Of a stretch of 64,000 bases of DNA, positions 27,023 to 40,362 are shown piece by piece. A program made the position numbers and the translations under genes. Position 1 is the first letter of the stretch. Every line of letters begins with the position of its first letter. The notes beneath the pieces are model-generated. The model made no database searches and was not told the origin of the DNA. It saw only the letters and a list, made by a program, of their open reading frames with translations. Source of the stretch: Eledone cirrhosa (Eukaryota); NCBI GenBank assembly GCA_964016885.1, contig OZ024743.1, forward strand, positions 196,788,001 through 196,852,000. The letters are read 5' to 3'.

Positions 27023-27073
27023 TTATATATATTTATTAAAATAACAGATTATACTTATATATATATATAAATA

Positions 27074-27143
<70 letters not shown>

Positions 27144-27798
27144 CTTATATATATATATATATATATATACAGTATATATATATATATACAATATGGGGCT
27201 AACCCACCAGGGATATGCAATCCATGTTTTAGTCGGTCATCTTTGATACAAATAAAATGAAGCGCTCAACGACATATATAATGGGTACAAGCTGGGGTAT
27301 TATAGAGTAGTAAATACATCGAAGGCCATATGCATTTATATTCAGGTTTATTTTCTGACTAGCTCAGGATGGTGCAATGCGTAGGAATACCTAGCCGTCG
27401 ACCTCAGTGAAATATGTATCATGGAGATGAAAATAAACCTGAATACAATTGTATATGGTCTTCGATGTATTTAATACTCTCGGTGCCTGTGCTTGAAACA
27501 TTTTAAAGTGAAGAAAGTCTTTGCACGGGGCCAATCCCATTCTCTTAACATCGAATGCATTTACTCCAAAAGTAGAACTGGTCTACATCACTGGATGCAA
27601 ACGAAGTCGCATGTTTTATATCAGACTGGTAACATGTAATCCAGAACAACCTATGTACGGTGGGGTCGTCGGCGACAAAACCGACAGCCCTATAAATCTT
27701 GATTGGTGGGGAGGGTGATTTTGGACACCCTGCAGGATGAAAACCAAAACCTGTCAAAGGGCCGTAGATATTCAGGAGATCAACGGCCATCCAATAAA

Positions 27799-27847
<49 letters not shown>

Positions 27848-27864
27848 TAAACACACAAATACTC

Positions 27865-27934
<70 letters not shown>

Positions 27935-28060
27935 GAATGTATATATAGTGTATTTTGCAATACACTGTATGCTTAATTAAAAGCATTTCGAAGACCTTAT
28001 GCTATTGTTTTAGAGTAGTGACAGACTCACTTACTTTAATTTTCAGCAAACAGAGGAGAT

Positions 28061-28109
28061 AAAGCTGACAAGGCCTTGTTTCGCATTTATTGATGCTTAT
28101 CAAAGCCAA
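28061..28109 (-). ncRNA. Hammerhead, U3-A8 variant
   Basis: ttggct TTGATAA gcat-caataa-atgc GAAA caaggccttg TC agct; in inverted repeat ~27945-28180 / ~28300-28530; homologous to the 7495-7880 element. Confidence 0.72.
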
Positions 28110-28372
28110 CTACTCCTCCTGTTTGCTGAAATCATGGATGTTTGGTTCTTACAGAATTCTAGTAAATAATCAGGAACTGATTGCAAAATACACTATATAT
28201 ACATGCAAAATACACTATATATACATTCATATATATATAGCTATTTCAGAGCACCAATTCTAATTTTCAATTTCTGCTTGACCGGCAACCGCTCTGTATA
28301 ATCAGTTCCTGATTATTTACTAGAATTCTATAAGAACCAAACATCCATGATTTCAGCAAACAGGAGGAGTAG

Positions 28373-28421
28373 TTGGCTTTGATAAACATCAATAAATGCG
28401 AAACAAGGCCTTGTCAGCTTT
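28373..28421 (+). ncRNA. Hammerhead, U3-A8 variant (inverted copy, one stem II mismatch)
   Basis: ttggct TTGATAA acatcaataaatgc GAAA caaggccttg TC agcttt. Confidence 0.62.
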
Positions 28422-28576
28422 ATCTCCCCTGTTTGCTGAAAATTAAAGTAAGTGAGTCTGTCACTACTCTAAAACAATAGCATAAGGTCTTCGAAATGCT
28501 TTTAATTAAGCACACAGTGTATTGCAAAATACACTATATATACATTCATATATATATAGCTATTTCAGAGCACCAA

Positions 28577-28618
<42 letters not shown>

Positions 28619-28662
28619 TTATTCCTGGTTCAATTGGAGTAACCACAAAAAATGTATATAAC

Positions 28663-30819
28663 TTGGACTACAAGACTTACAGAAACTTCATATACAGGGA
28701 ACTCTACAGAAATTATAAGAAAACTACCTATGGAAACCTAGACGAGATAAATATGAAAGGGCTAGAAATCGTTAAGATGCTGAACTTGGAAAGGTACACC
28801 CAGCCTTTCACACCTAAGCAACCCAGATTCACACTGAAGGATCACAAAGAGGACTTCCTTAGTAACCCCTCAATTAGGCTCACTAACCCCTCTATGTCTG
28901 ACTTATGGATAATAAGTAAGAAAATATTGGATGCCGTCATCCCTGTTATACGAAGTAAAATTTACCTTGACCTATGGAGGAATATTGAGGAGGTCATTAA
29001 ATGGTTCTCAAGCATTAGTAACAATAAGTCCCTGAAATTCATCCAATTCGATATCAACTCATAGCATACCTCGATCTCTCCTATGCTTCTAAATAAGGCC
29101 CTTATATTAGCTATGCAAAATAGTGACCTGACTAGATCCCAAATTGACATCATCCTTGCTGCCCGGAGAACTATCATCCGCTTCGAAGACCAACTTTGGA
29201 CCCGGAAGAACACGCCGAATAACTTTGATGTCACAATGGGGTCCAGCGATTCGGCGCAGGTCACTGACTTGGTTGGACTTTACCCCCTCCATAAACTGCA
29301 TAAAACATTCCCGCACTTCAAAGGCGGGCTATACCGTGACGACGCCCTGTTCACTATTGAATATAAAAAACAATATAGAAAGGACGAGAAAAGAACTACA
29401 TAAATTCTTCAAAAGCTTTAACCTTAGCATAACGATAGACATAAATAATAAAATGCTTATCTTTCTAGACGTAACCCTGGACTTGGAAAGTAAATACTTC
29501 TCACCCTATCACAAGCCAGATGAAACACTAATATACGTTAATGCAAATTCCAACCACCCTAGACCCGTCCTAAATGCCATAATTAAAGGGGTATCTAACA
29601 GGATTAGCAGACTATCACATAACGAGCATGCATTTAGGGTAATGCAAGGTACTATAATAAAGCACTAGCAAAGTCCGGTTTTAGAGAAAAAATATACTTC
29701 ATACATAACAACGCCCAAACCACCAGGGCCGGACAATATAATCACACACAATATGGCATTGCCTAATAGAAGCGGACACAAAAATAGGAACTACACGGGT
29801 ACTGTAGGCGGCTCTGACCAACCCCAAGGGACTCCATTTAACACGCCTCATTGGTATGGCAATAACACTAACACTAGGATAAAAGCTAGAAAATTGAAGT
29901 GCACAGGGAAGCCTGTGAACTCCTCCGAGTAAGGTTACCACCCCAGGTTCTCTCTACCACGGAAGATGGGTTGTCCATGCCCAGGGCCAACTCTTCCCCT
30001 AGTACGAAAAATAAGAAAAATAGACGATCTAATTCCTACTTTAATCCACCTTACAACTCGGAGGTATCAACCAATATACCAAAGGCATTCTTCTCAATCT
30101 TGGAAACCCCCCGCCCCGGTAATAAATATCTTAGTATCATTAATAAAAACACAATTAAGCTTTCATTCTCCACTACTCCAAATCTAGCTCGTCACCTAGC
30201 CATAACGAACAACAAAAAAATTAGAAAGGGTTTCGATACCATTGCAGCTGCGGCACACCGGCAACCACTAGATGGACCTGATGCGGCCTCACCCAGCAAT
30301 ACTATCCACACATCTGATGTACGGTTGCCAAATCTGGAACGCACGGAAAACCAAACATCTCCTGTGCCGCAAACTCACATACACCGAAAATGTAACTGCA
30401 GACGAAAGGCGGACTGCCCCCTAAAGGGACAATGCCTTATAAACAATATTGTCTACGCATGTGATGTTACAACTCGGACCTCCTCCAAAACATATATAGG
30501 ATCTACATCGACCCCCTTTAAGACCAGATACAACTCCCATCGCAATACATTTAGACATGATAGACTTAAGAATACTACATCCCTAGCTAGTTACATATCC
30601 CTCTTGAAGAACACTAATATTCAATACACGCTTGATTGGAGAATCATCACTAAATCATCGCAGTACAGACCCCCTAACAAGACCTGTAACCTTTGTCTCT
30701 CTGAATCACACGCCATAATACACTCCAAACTGAACCTGCTAAATAGGAAGTCGGAGATATTCTCTTCTTGCCCGCACATAAATTTTAGCTCCTTCTATTA
30801 TTTTAGACCAATTAGCTAA
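28663..30819 (+). pseudogene. PLE reverse transcriptase and GIY-YIG endonuclease, disrupted
   Basis: LKDHK, FDINS, FDVTMGS.DSA, GLYRDD, FLDVTLDL, SNHP; linker CNCRRKADCPLKGQC; NIVY...TYIGST...FKTRYNSH; CNLCLSE. Confidence 0.9.
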
Positions 30820-32736
30820 CGCTGTAGGACCTGCATACACCCGTCCTGTCTGGCCTACGTAAAAGCACGCCGCACTGCAACCTGGTTCCTTTGTGACGAT
30901 AACTGCCCTTCAGTTGCATATAGACTACTCTAATACCTCTTCTCTTCTCCCCCCTCTCTTACTTTTCTTCCTCTCTTCCCTAGTTCATCTTATTGGACCA
31001 CAAGCCAAGAACCCTGGGGTGGAACCTACTTAAGGCTTTTCACTATACCTAGCACAGCATGACCCTATATATGCACATACCCACACTAACCATATTAGTA
31101 TGGTTTATAAACAGACCCTTTGTGCGCTAACTGATAGCACAGCACTATAGTCTGTCGAAAGCCCAGAAAACCCCGCCGCAGCTATAAAGCGGGTGAATTG
31201 GGCACCCGGGGTCTAGTTAACCTTAACCCTAAAGTGTGTAATAAATCTAACCTAATATAGTGAACTATGGTAGCAAATCGTGTGGGCTGGGCGCCGCTGA
31301 ATCGACCTAACCCCAGGGGAAGGGGGGGGTCGATCGCCAAGGGCTTCGAATCAAACAAAAGACTCGCCCCTAGCATCCCGTTGGATACCAAAAGAATCCG
31401 CCCTTTATGACGCGAATTGCCTCCCATACCTTTCATACGCACACTACGACTTCAACTAAGCTTCGAGTTAGTTGAATATGAATTGTGTTCCGGCTTTGAT
31501 GTATTATAAAACCACTCTCAAGGCAAAGGGCAGCACTGGGTATTGAACTCCCGCCGACCCAGGAGGGGTCACACCCGACTGTGAATGGATTGCAACCTCC
31601 AGAGTCAATAATCTAAACGAAAACCACGTGGCGGAAATATAAATAACATAGCTGTCATTGACAGGTTTGGTTGTGAGTTATCCCTTCTATATATATCTAT
31701 ATATTCTACAGAATTTTGCACTCACTATAATAAACCCGCCTATTATTATAACAGTATATGCTCATTCTGCCATATGTGATTCTGGAAGCGGAGTTTCCTG
31801 TATACACTTTTTCTCTATATGTAACTGGATTGCCATCATGATTTGTATTTACCGTGGTACAGTTGTATGCGGTGCGATACATTGGTTGAACGCCAACTTG
31901 GACATACGGTGAATTTCACCTGGCACGTTGGATTGAGCGACCGAATGTTTTCAATTTCCTCACATCTGTGCCGGCTGTATATGTGCCATACATCTCTTTA
32001 ACTCTCGTACTTTCTTTTATTTTTTATTGTAGATTTTAGGTATATATCCCAAACGGCTATGGTGATAAATCCCCTGGGTATAGATTTTGGAAAAATAGTG
32101 TTATCTCACTTAACATTCGGAACTGGAACATATCGATGTGGTTCGTAGGGTGCGGATATGATAAGGAGAATCGCCGTCACAAGGCGATATAATTGGAGTA
32201 CACCATCCCTCATATGGACTATCATACATGTAAGGCTGCACCACTGCTAACCAACTATTCTTTTCACAGACTCATGCTTGCAAACTCTCTTGATCTGCCT
32301 GTACACCCTCTTTTGCACTGCTTGTGCTTTGATGCTTGCTTTGTCTTATATATATGTATTTTTGGGGGGTGAGGGTGGGGTCCGGGCTTTTTGTTCTTTT
32401 ATTGTTTTGTATTTTTATATTATCTCTTTTCTTATCCCTGTATTTTTGTACTTTTTTATTATTATTATTTTCTTAATGTTTCTGATCATGCTGAGTAATA
32501 CCCTCACTCATCCCTTGCTACCCTCTCCCAACCTCTTTATCATCTATTGCACCATCTAAGTGATAAAGTTTTGGTGTAATTTTTAATTTTTAAACTTTTA
32601 AAACATTTTATGACATTATGTGCATCATGTATTCTGCCTTTTTCCATATAGCGCTGGCCTCGGGACCCCCTGCTGGTCACTTAACCTCGTTCTGGTGACG
32701 CAGCTCGATGGAGCATGCAACTACTGATATACTCAT

Positions 32737-32798
32737 GTTTATAGGCTCTGAGGATTCCTGCCATGGTGTATGGATGAAACACTGTTAGCTAATAAAAC
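32737..32798 (+). ncRNA. Type I hammerhead downstream of the PLE ORF (pLTR-type)
   Basis: gtttataggct CTGAGGA t-tcctgc-catggt-gtatgga-t GAAA cactg TT agctaataaaac. Confidence 0.7.
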
Positions 32799-32944
32799 AA
32801 TGTATTTCTAACCACTCTTTGGTTATTCCTATAACTATAACGGATCTGTAATATACTAGTTATCCTACATTGAGCTAAAACCCACACTGTCATACCAACG
32901 GCAATATATCTACATGTCTGGGCATATTGATATATTTGTTAACG

Positions 32945-33011
<67 letters not shown>

Positions 33012-33078
33012 CACACATACATACGTACACATACATATATACACACATACACACATACATATATATATATATACATAC

Positions 33079-33164
<86 letters not shown>

Positions 33165-33402
33165 CACGATAAATTAACGGAGCCATAGACTCTCGCTATT
33201 CCCTGTCAATAATGTGCTCAAAGGAGAAGGAATCCTGAGCTCTTTAAAATACAATATGTTGAAAAGGTAACACACTAGAGAGAGATAGTGCGCCATCAAT
33301 AAAACAGGGAAAAACCACCAGTGTATGGAATCTATAACCTATGAAAGGCAGAGTAGACACAGGATAATTAAAAATATAAATACATACCTTTATAACTATA
33401 TA

Positions 33403-33485
33403 ACACACGTACAAATCCAAAGAGATCTGTTTCGCCACTAAGTTGTTGACAGAAATGAAATAACCCATGGTTCATCAGCGTGTGT
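33403..33485 (-). ncRNA. Type I hammerhead with stable stem III
   Basis: acacacg CTGATGA acca...tggc GAAA cagatct-cttt-ggatttg TA cgtgtgt; lies between inverted arms ~33245-33400 / ~33690-33855. Confidence 0.8.
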
Positions 33486-33871
33486 AAGGCTATACATTTC
33501 AGACAACTCTAAGAGAATCTAAAGCGACCGTCCAGCTACATGCGGGAGAGAGAAGTCACAGCGTGTTTTGGGCAGTGAACCAGTGGCTTCTGAGGGACGA
33601 GCTACTAGAAAGGGCAGCCCCAAACCACTCAGAGAAGTGAGCTCAAGCAAACAGAGAGAGAGAGGAAAGACTGTTTGTTATAAGGAGCGAGTTATAGAGG
33701 TATGTATTTACACTTTAATTTATATTTTTAATTATCGTGTGTCTACTCTGTCTTTCATAGGTTATAGATTCCATACACTGGTGGTTTTTCCCTGTTTTAT
33801 TGATGGCGCACTATCTCTCTCTAGAATGTTACCTTTTCAACATATTGTATTTTATATATCTACACACACAC

Positions 33872-33973
<102 letters not shown>

Positions 33974-33985
33974 ACACATATATAA

Positions 33986-34030
<45 letters not shown>

Positions 34031-34318
34031 TATACAAATATACATACACATACACATACATATATACGCACATACACACGAACATACACATACATACATA
34101 CAGCCACTGATACAAATACGTACATACATACTCTCATATATATACACATATACACACACACATACATGTATAAAAATGAAGTACGCTCTACATGTGGAAA
34201 AAGCAGTTACATAACCATAGTGTCGTGTTTCGGGTCGAAAGGGGGTAGGGTAGGGTGGGAAGAAGATGTAGGGGGTTATTTTGTCGAGTGGGTTTTTTTT
34301 TTTAAAGAAAATTTTTTT

Positions 34319-34690
34319 TCATCCATCTGACATCAACACTGGCTTAAGGTATTTGAAAGTTGCAAAGTTTTTGTGCATGCAATTCGGGCAGTGTTCAGAG
34401 AGTTTGTTCAGTAGCGGGCCATTGGCAAATAATATTTCGTAACTCTCTGAAATACAATGGTCGCAGCACTTGTGTCCTCCCTTGTATGAGCGCGCTTTCT
34501 GGTGTATTTTCCATTTAAGTGTGAAGGGGGTGGAGTTCCTTTTGAGATCCCAGACATAGGAGGCTAGTGTTGTCTGATTTGATTTGTCCGGTCTTCTAAA
34601 AGAGTGGGTATGGGCATACCACCGGGTCTTAAAATGATTGGAAGTCATGCCATTGTAAGTCTACTTGTTGTTGCCGTCATCGGTGCCTGC
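34319..34690 (-). pseudogene. Second PLE GIY-YIG endonuclease fragment
   Basis: FKTRWYAHTHSFR...TTLASYVWDLK...WKI...CDHCISE...LLNK.SE...C.H, homologous to 30500-30819. Confidence 0.85.
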
Positions 34691-34711
34691 GATGACATCA
34701 CATTTGTATAC

Positions 34712-34754
<43 letters not shown>

Positions 34755-34760
<6 letters not shown>

Positions 34761-35407
34761 ATACTTGGGGAGGGTCATATTTGCGTAATATTGCCAGAAT
34801 TAATAACAGAACACACTCACTGTTTGGTTGGTTTTCGCTTCTCGCTGTCTTTTATATCTGCGATCTAACTTACTCGGTCCTCAATGTTGCCATTGACTGA
34901 CCGACGGTCAAAAATAATACAGATACAATATAGACACAAACACATATATATAGTTTACATAATTTACATAAATCTTTCGTTGCACATCTGCAACATCGTC
35001 AGTGGTGTTATATTCTTTGTTCCTCCTGTTGTGTTGTATGTCTACGCCATTTTTTTTAAATTCAGTCTCTCAGAGAGACTGAATAAAAAATAAAAAAAAT
35101 AAAAAAATAAATGGCGTAGACATACAACACAACAGGAGGAACAAAGAATATAACACCACTGACGATGTTGCAGATGTGCAACGAAAGATTTATGTAAATT
35201 ATGTAAACTATATATATGTGTTTGTGTCTATATTGTATCTGTATTATTTTTGACCGTCGGTCAGTCAATGGCAACATTGAGGACCGAGTAAGTTAGATCG
35301 CAGATATAAAAGACAGCGAGAAGCGAAAACCAATCAAACTGTGAGTGTGTTCTGTTATTAATTCTGGCAATATTACGCAAATATGACCCTCCCCAAGTAT
35401 AACAATA
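34755..35407. repeat. ~300-bp inverted repeat (34755-35055 / 35107-35407) carrying an imperfect hammerhead core in each arm
   Basis: The same spurious ORF appears on both strands; CTGACGA t gttgca-gatg-tgcaac GAAA at 35159-35186. Confidence 0.9.
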
Positions 35408-35462
35408 TCTGTTTCGACACACGATTTCATATAAAAAACCTCGCTAAACTAATTCATCGCCG

Positions 35463-35912
<450 letters not shown>

Positions 35913-35987
35913 CATACTCTGCTCTATGAGGGCATCGAGTGTTCATACGGCCTACCGCATACGGACGCTTTAAGCCTCCAACACCAA

Positions 35988-36698
35988 TCTATATATATAA
36001 AACTGTGGTTGTCTGTCTGTTTATCGATTTTTGGCACACATCTCCTCTTAGAATCTCTCACGGAATTGCACCGAAATTGCTATACTTGTACATTGAGCCC
36101 TAGCGGAGACATCGGAAAAAAAAAATTTCAAATTGACCCACCCTATGTGACGAAATCGAATATAATGTATCGATTTTTGAGCGTAAGTTATCAGTTATTT
36201 CCCTTTGTTCTGTTTACATTGAGCGTCTTACGTAAAAAATTACGCTGGCTTTAACAGTTGTCGAGCCAGCAAAATATTGACCTGCAAAATTCATCAGTTC
36301 GAACACTAAGCTTCCGTTTTGCTTCATTTCCATTTAAAAGCATTTTAAAACAATATTTTTACTTGAAAACAAGTCTATTTAAAGACTACGTAAAACAAGC
36401 AAATATTTCGTCGTTAGGCGTGCAGACAGACAGTCGTGCAGACAGACAGTCGTGCAGACAGACAGTCGTGCAGAGAGGTGATATACGCGTGCAGACAGAC
36501 AGTCGTGCAGAGAGGTGATATAGGCGTGCAGACAGACAGTCGTGCAGAGAGGTGATATAGGCGTTGATATTAATCAAAAACACAACATGCAAGTCTGCAC
36601 AGTAGACACTACAGTTTTTAAGCCAAGAAAGAAACTTAACATTGTAACTTTAACACAGCTACTGAGCGACCCCGAGCAACGCCGGGCTTTACTGCTAG
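35988..36698 (+). mobile_element. Non-autonomous Helitron with an internal 16/21-bp minisatellite (36417-36565)
   Basis: A|TC start (tctatatatataaaactg); subterminal hairpin cccgagcaacgccggg (36671-36686); CTAG|T end; no TSD. Confidence 0.75.
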
Positions 36699-36772
<74 letters not shown>

Positions 36773-36949
36773 TAGGAAAGGAGGAACGAAGGAAGAAATG
36801 ACGAAAGGAAGAAAGGTTTGGCCTGTAAATTTCACATGGACGTCCTTGAAGAGAAGTTATCTTGAATCAAGATAACTTTTAATGTAACTCGATCATTTCT
36901 TAAAGAATCAACAAACAACAAAGAAGAAAATAAACAAACAACCGCAATT

Positions 36950-36995
36950 AAAAATAATAATAATAATAATAATAATGATAATAATAATAATAGTA

Positions 36996-37029
<34 letters not shown>

Positions 37030-37272
37030 CGATGATGATAGCGGTGATGATGATGATGGGGATGGTGGTGCTGTTGGTGGTGATGGTGATGATGATGATG
37101 ATAATGGTAGTGGTGGTGGTGATGACTTCCTTTGCTGTGCAAGGGGTGGGCATGGCAAAACATTAAAATGACAACGACGCACAAAACAATTAATAGAAGA
37201 AGAAGAAGAAGAAGAAGAAGAAGAAGAAGAAGAAGAAGAAGAAGAAGAAGAAGAGACGATGACGACGACGCC
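36950..37272. repeat. Trinucleotide microsatellite cluster (AAT, GAT, GGT, GAA, GAC)
   Basis: Direct reading. Confidence 0.95.
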
Positions 37273-39820
37273 GCCGACTTCAATCAAATAGATGCCAGAT
37301 GATGCAAGTTCCTGGTTACATTGCGACTCCTCCTCCGAGTTCTTGTCAAAATATATAACAAGAAATGTCTGGAAGATATATATATACTGTGTATAGGTTT
37401 TCTCTACCATTATCGGTAGAGGGTTGGACGCCATGCTTTCCAGCATAGTTACGTCCCTTTACGATCTGAGTTCAAATCCCGCCGAGGTTGACTTTGCCTT
37501 TCATCCTTACGGGGTCGATAAAATAAAGTACCAGTAATGCACTGGGTATTTGCTGACCTTGTGCCTAAAGTAGAAACAATTATCTACTCATAAAGACCCA
37601 ATTTTGGTGAAGACTGACCATGGGCTTGCACTTGAAAGTTTACCTTTAAGGCTCAAGTCTTCGAATGGTATTTTGAGTAAAACCAGCTGTCACTTCACCA
37701 AGCAAATCTCTCGATGACATCAACGGAGTCCAACGGAAAGGCAAAGACCACAACTCATTTTTTTCTAGCTGTGAGGACTGATGCAACGTGAAATAAAGTG
37801 TCTTGCTCAAGGACGTGACGAACCACCTAGTTCGGTAATCGAACTTACGACCTTACGTTTGTGGGCCGATCTCAATAACTACAAAGCCAGGCGCTTTCAC
37901 AACACATAAATCAATAAATTAAAGGTTAGACTTTGTTGATAACAAATATATATCCTTTTTTTTCCTTTCTTTTCTGCTGCGGTTGCTTCTTCTAACCTCC
38001 TCTCCTGTGGTGTTCCTTCTGTGAGGTAGAGCCTTAGGCATGTGTAATCTTTGATAAGGTTTGTATCTAGTGTTTACAGTGTCAAAGGTGATTCAGGTCA
38101 TGTATGATTACAATAATAAAGATCTACAAAATAATTATTTGAAATACGCCAAATTGACAGAATCATAAGAACGTCAGATAGAATGCTTTGCGGTATTTGT
38201 TCTGGCACTCAAGCTCTGAGTGTGGATCCTGTCGAAGTCAAATCTGCCCTTCATTTGTTCAATATTGTTGTCGATTCTTCCTTTATATTCACGTTTTCAC
38301 TTCTGTCTCAATTTCTAGGGAAGAAATCAGCAGTGTAAAGACCTGAAGAGGGACGGGCTCCACCAGGTTTAAATGCTCATGATACGTCGTATATCACGAC
38401 GGAACCCCTAGGACTCCATGGCCAGGGATCGAAGATCAAACATTGTATTTTAGTAATTAATATAAGGGCGGTGGATTGGCAGTATCGGTTGAGGGTCGGA
38501 CGCCATGCTTTTCGGCATAGAGTTGTGGCTCATTATGATCTGAGTTCAAATCCCACCGAGGTTAATTTTGTCTTTCATCCTTATGAGGTCGATAAAATAA
38601 AGTACTATTCACGCACTGGGCTCGATTTAATCGACTTTCCCCTTCCTCAATATTGCTGGCCTTGTGCCTATATAAGAAATCATTTTAGTAATTAATATGT
38701 GTATACAACAGTATTTTGGTGAAGGTGTATAGCTTAGTGGTCAGGGGTGTTCAGCTCACGTTTATAAGTCCGATTTCTGACGGCATGTTGTCCTTGAGCA
38801 AGACTTTTTTTTCCAGACCACCCAGCTGGCAAAAATGAATCGCACTTGTAATTCAAAGCTTTCCACATTAGCTCATCGATTACCACTGTTCAGTTATCGG
38901 TGAATTATTCAACTTCCTTTCTACGTAAACAAAACTATTATATTGCCGGAAATGCGAAATACTGAACTAATTCTCCGTTTAGTTCTACTTACTTTAAAGG
39001 TTTCTATTAATTATCTCAATGAGCTTATGACGAATAGCTATCGTTTTTCTTGGGTAAATAATTATAGTTCGTAGAAATCTGTGATATATATAGCCGCCAT
39101 ATGTTGAAATAAAGTCGTAATATCTTTACCTGGGAGTAAGGCGGTGGATTGGCAGGTTTAGTAGGGGCGTCGGACGGACCACATGTTTTCTGGCATAGGT
39201 TTACGCCCCTTTACGATCTGAGTTCAAATCCTAACAAGGTTAGCTTTGCTTTCATCCTAACGAGGTCGAAAAAATAAAGTACCAGTAATGCAATGGAGTC
39301 TATTTAATCGACTTTCCCCTCCCCTAAAATTGTTGGCCTTGTCCCTAAGTCTGAAACCAATATCTTAATCTGGGCGTAGGATAATAGATAGCCCGAAGGA
39401 TTGGTAGAACGTTGGATAAAATGCCATTGCAGAATTTGTTCTGGTTCTTTACATTCTGAGTTGAATTTTTTGTCTATTATCCTTTCGTGATTGATAAAAT
39501 AAAGTACCAGTTAAGTACTAGGTTTGATTGAATCAATTTTTCCCTTCCCCACTCTCTCCAGACACAATGTTCTGGTCATGTGCTTGAGGGTAGCAATAAT
39601 GCACATTAAAGTAGCACAGTTTTATACAAATTTGTATAATAGAATAAAATATATAATAATTTTTGTGATTAATTAATTAATCACTAACAAATTCGTTATG
39701 TAGCAGCGCCGTGGGAATATATATCTAACACACACACACACACACACACGTGCATTATTCTATTTTTGTTAATTTCGCCTCAATAGACAGATAGATAGGC
39801 AGATAGATAAATAAATAGAA

Positions 39821-40281
39821 AGATATGTTTCTTTATTAGCCACAGGGGCACAAAAGAAGGGGACAAATACAAAGGGGGAAGTTTACATACAATAAAAACG
39901 TGTAAAATGTTATCACAAATGCAATTTAAAAAGTTAAATAGATAGATAGATAGATAGATATATTTCTTTATTAGCCACAGGGGCACAAAAGAAGGGGACA
40001 AATACAAAGGGGGAAGTTTACATACAATAAAAACGTGTAAAATGTTATCACAGATGGAATTTAAAAGTTAGTCGATTTTCCCCAATAGAGGGAGACAGTT
40101 TATATGGGTAACACAGACCCCCGAAAAAAATGTGCAACCCTCATCTCCAGGAGTACGAAGAGCTTGTACTCCTTTCCTCTCCTCCTCCTTTTCCTCAACC
40201 TACAGGCTGATATAGAGAGAAGGCCCATTCACTCGGGCCATTCTCGCCACTTTCACCCACCTTTCATAAAACTTGCTGGGG
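39821..40281 (-). mobile_element. Two 5'-truncated Tx1 family-D 3' ends (~39821-39935 and ~39960-40281), each bordered by (TATC)n
   Basis: Nearly identical to 46425-46767. Confidence 0.9.
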
Positions 40282-40302
40282 TACAGCACCTCTCTCTCCA
40301 TC

Positions 40303-40361
<59 letters not shown>

Positions 40362-40362
<1 letters not shown>

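Larger units (their letters stand above)
28615..32940 (+). mobile_element. Penelope-like element (Neptune type), 5'-truncated, flanked by (TA)n, with long 3' region containing a hammerhead
   Basis: RT plus Cys-rich linker plus GIY-YIG; HHR at 32737-32798; 3' boundary uncertain. Confidence 0.75.
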
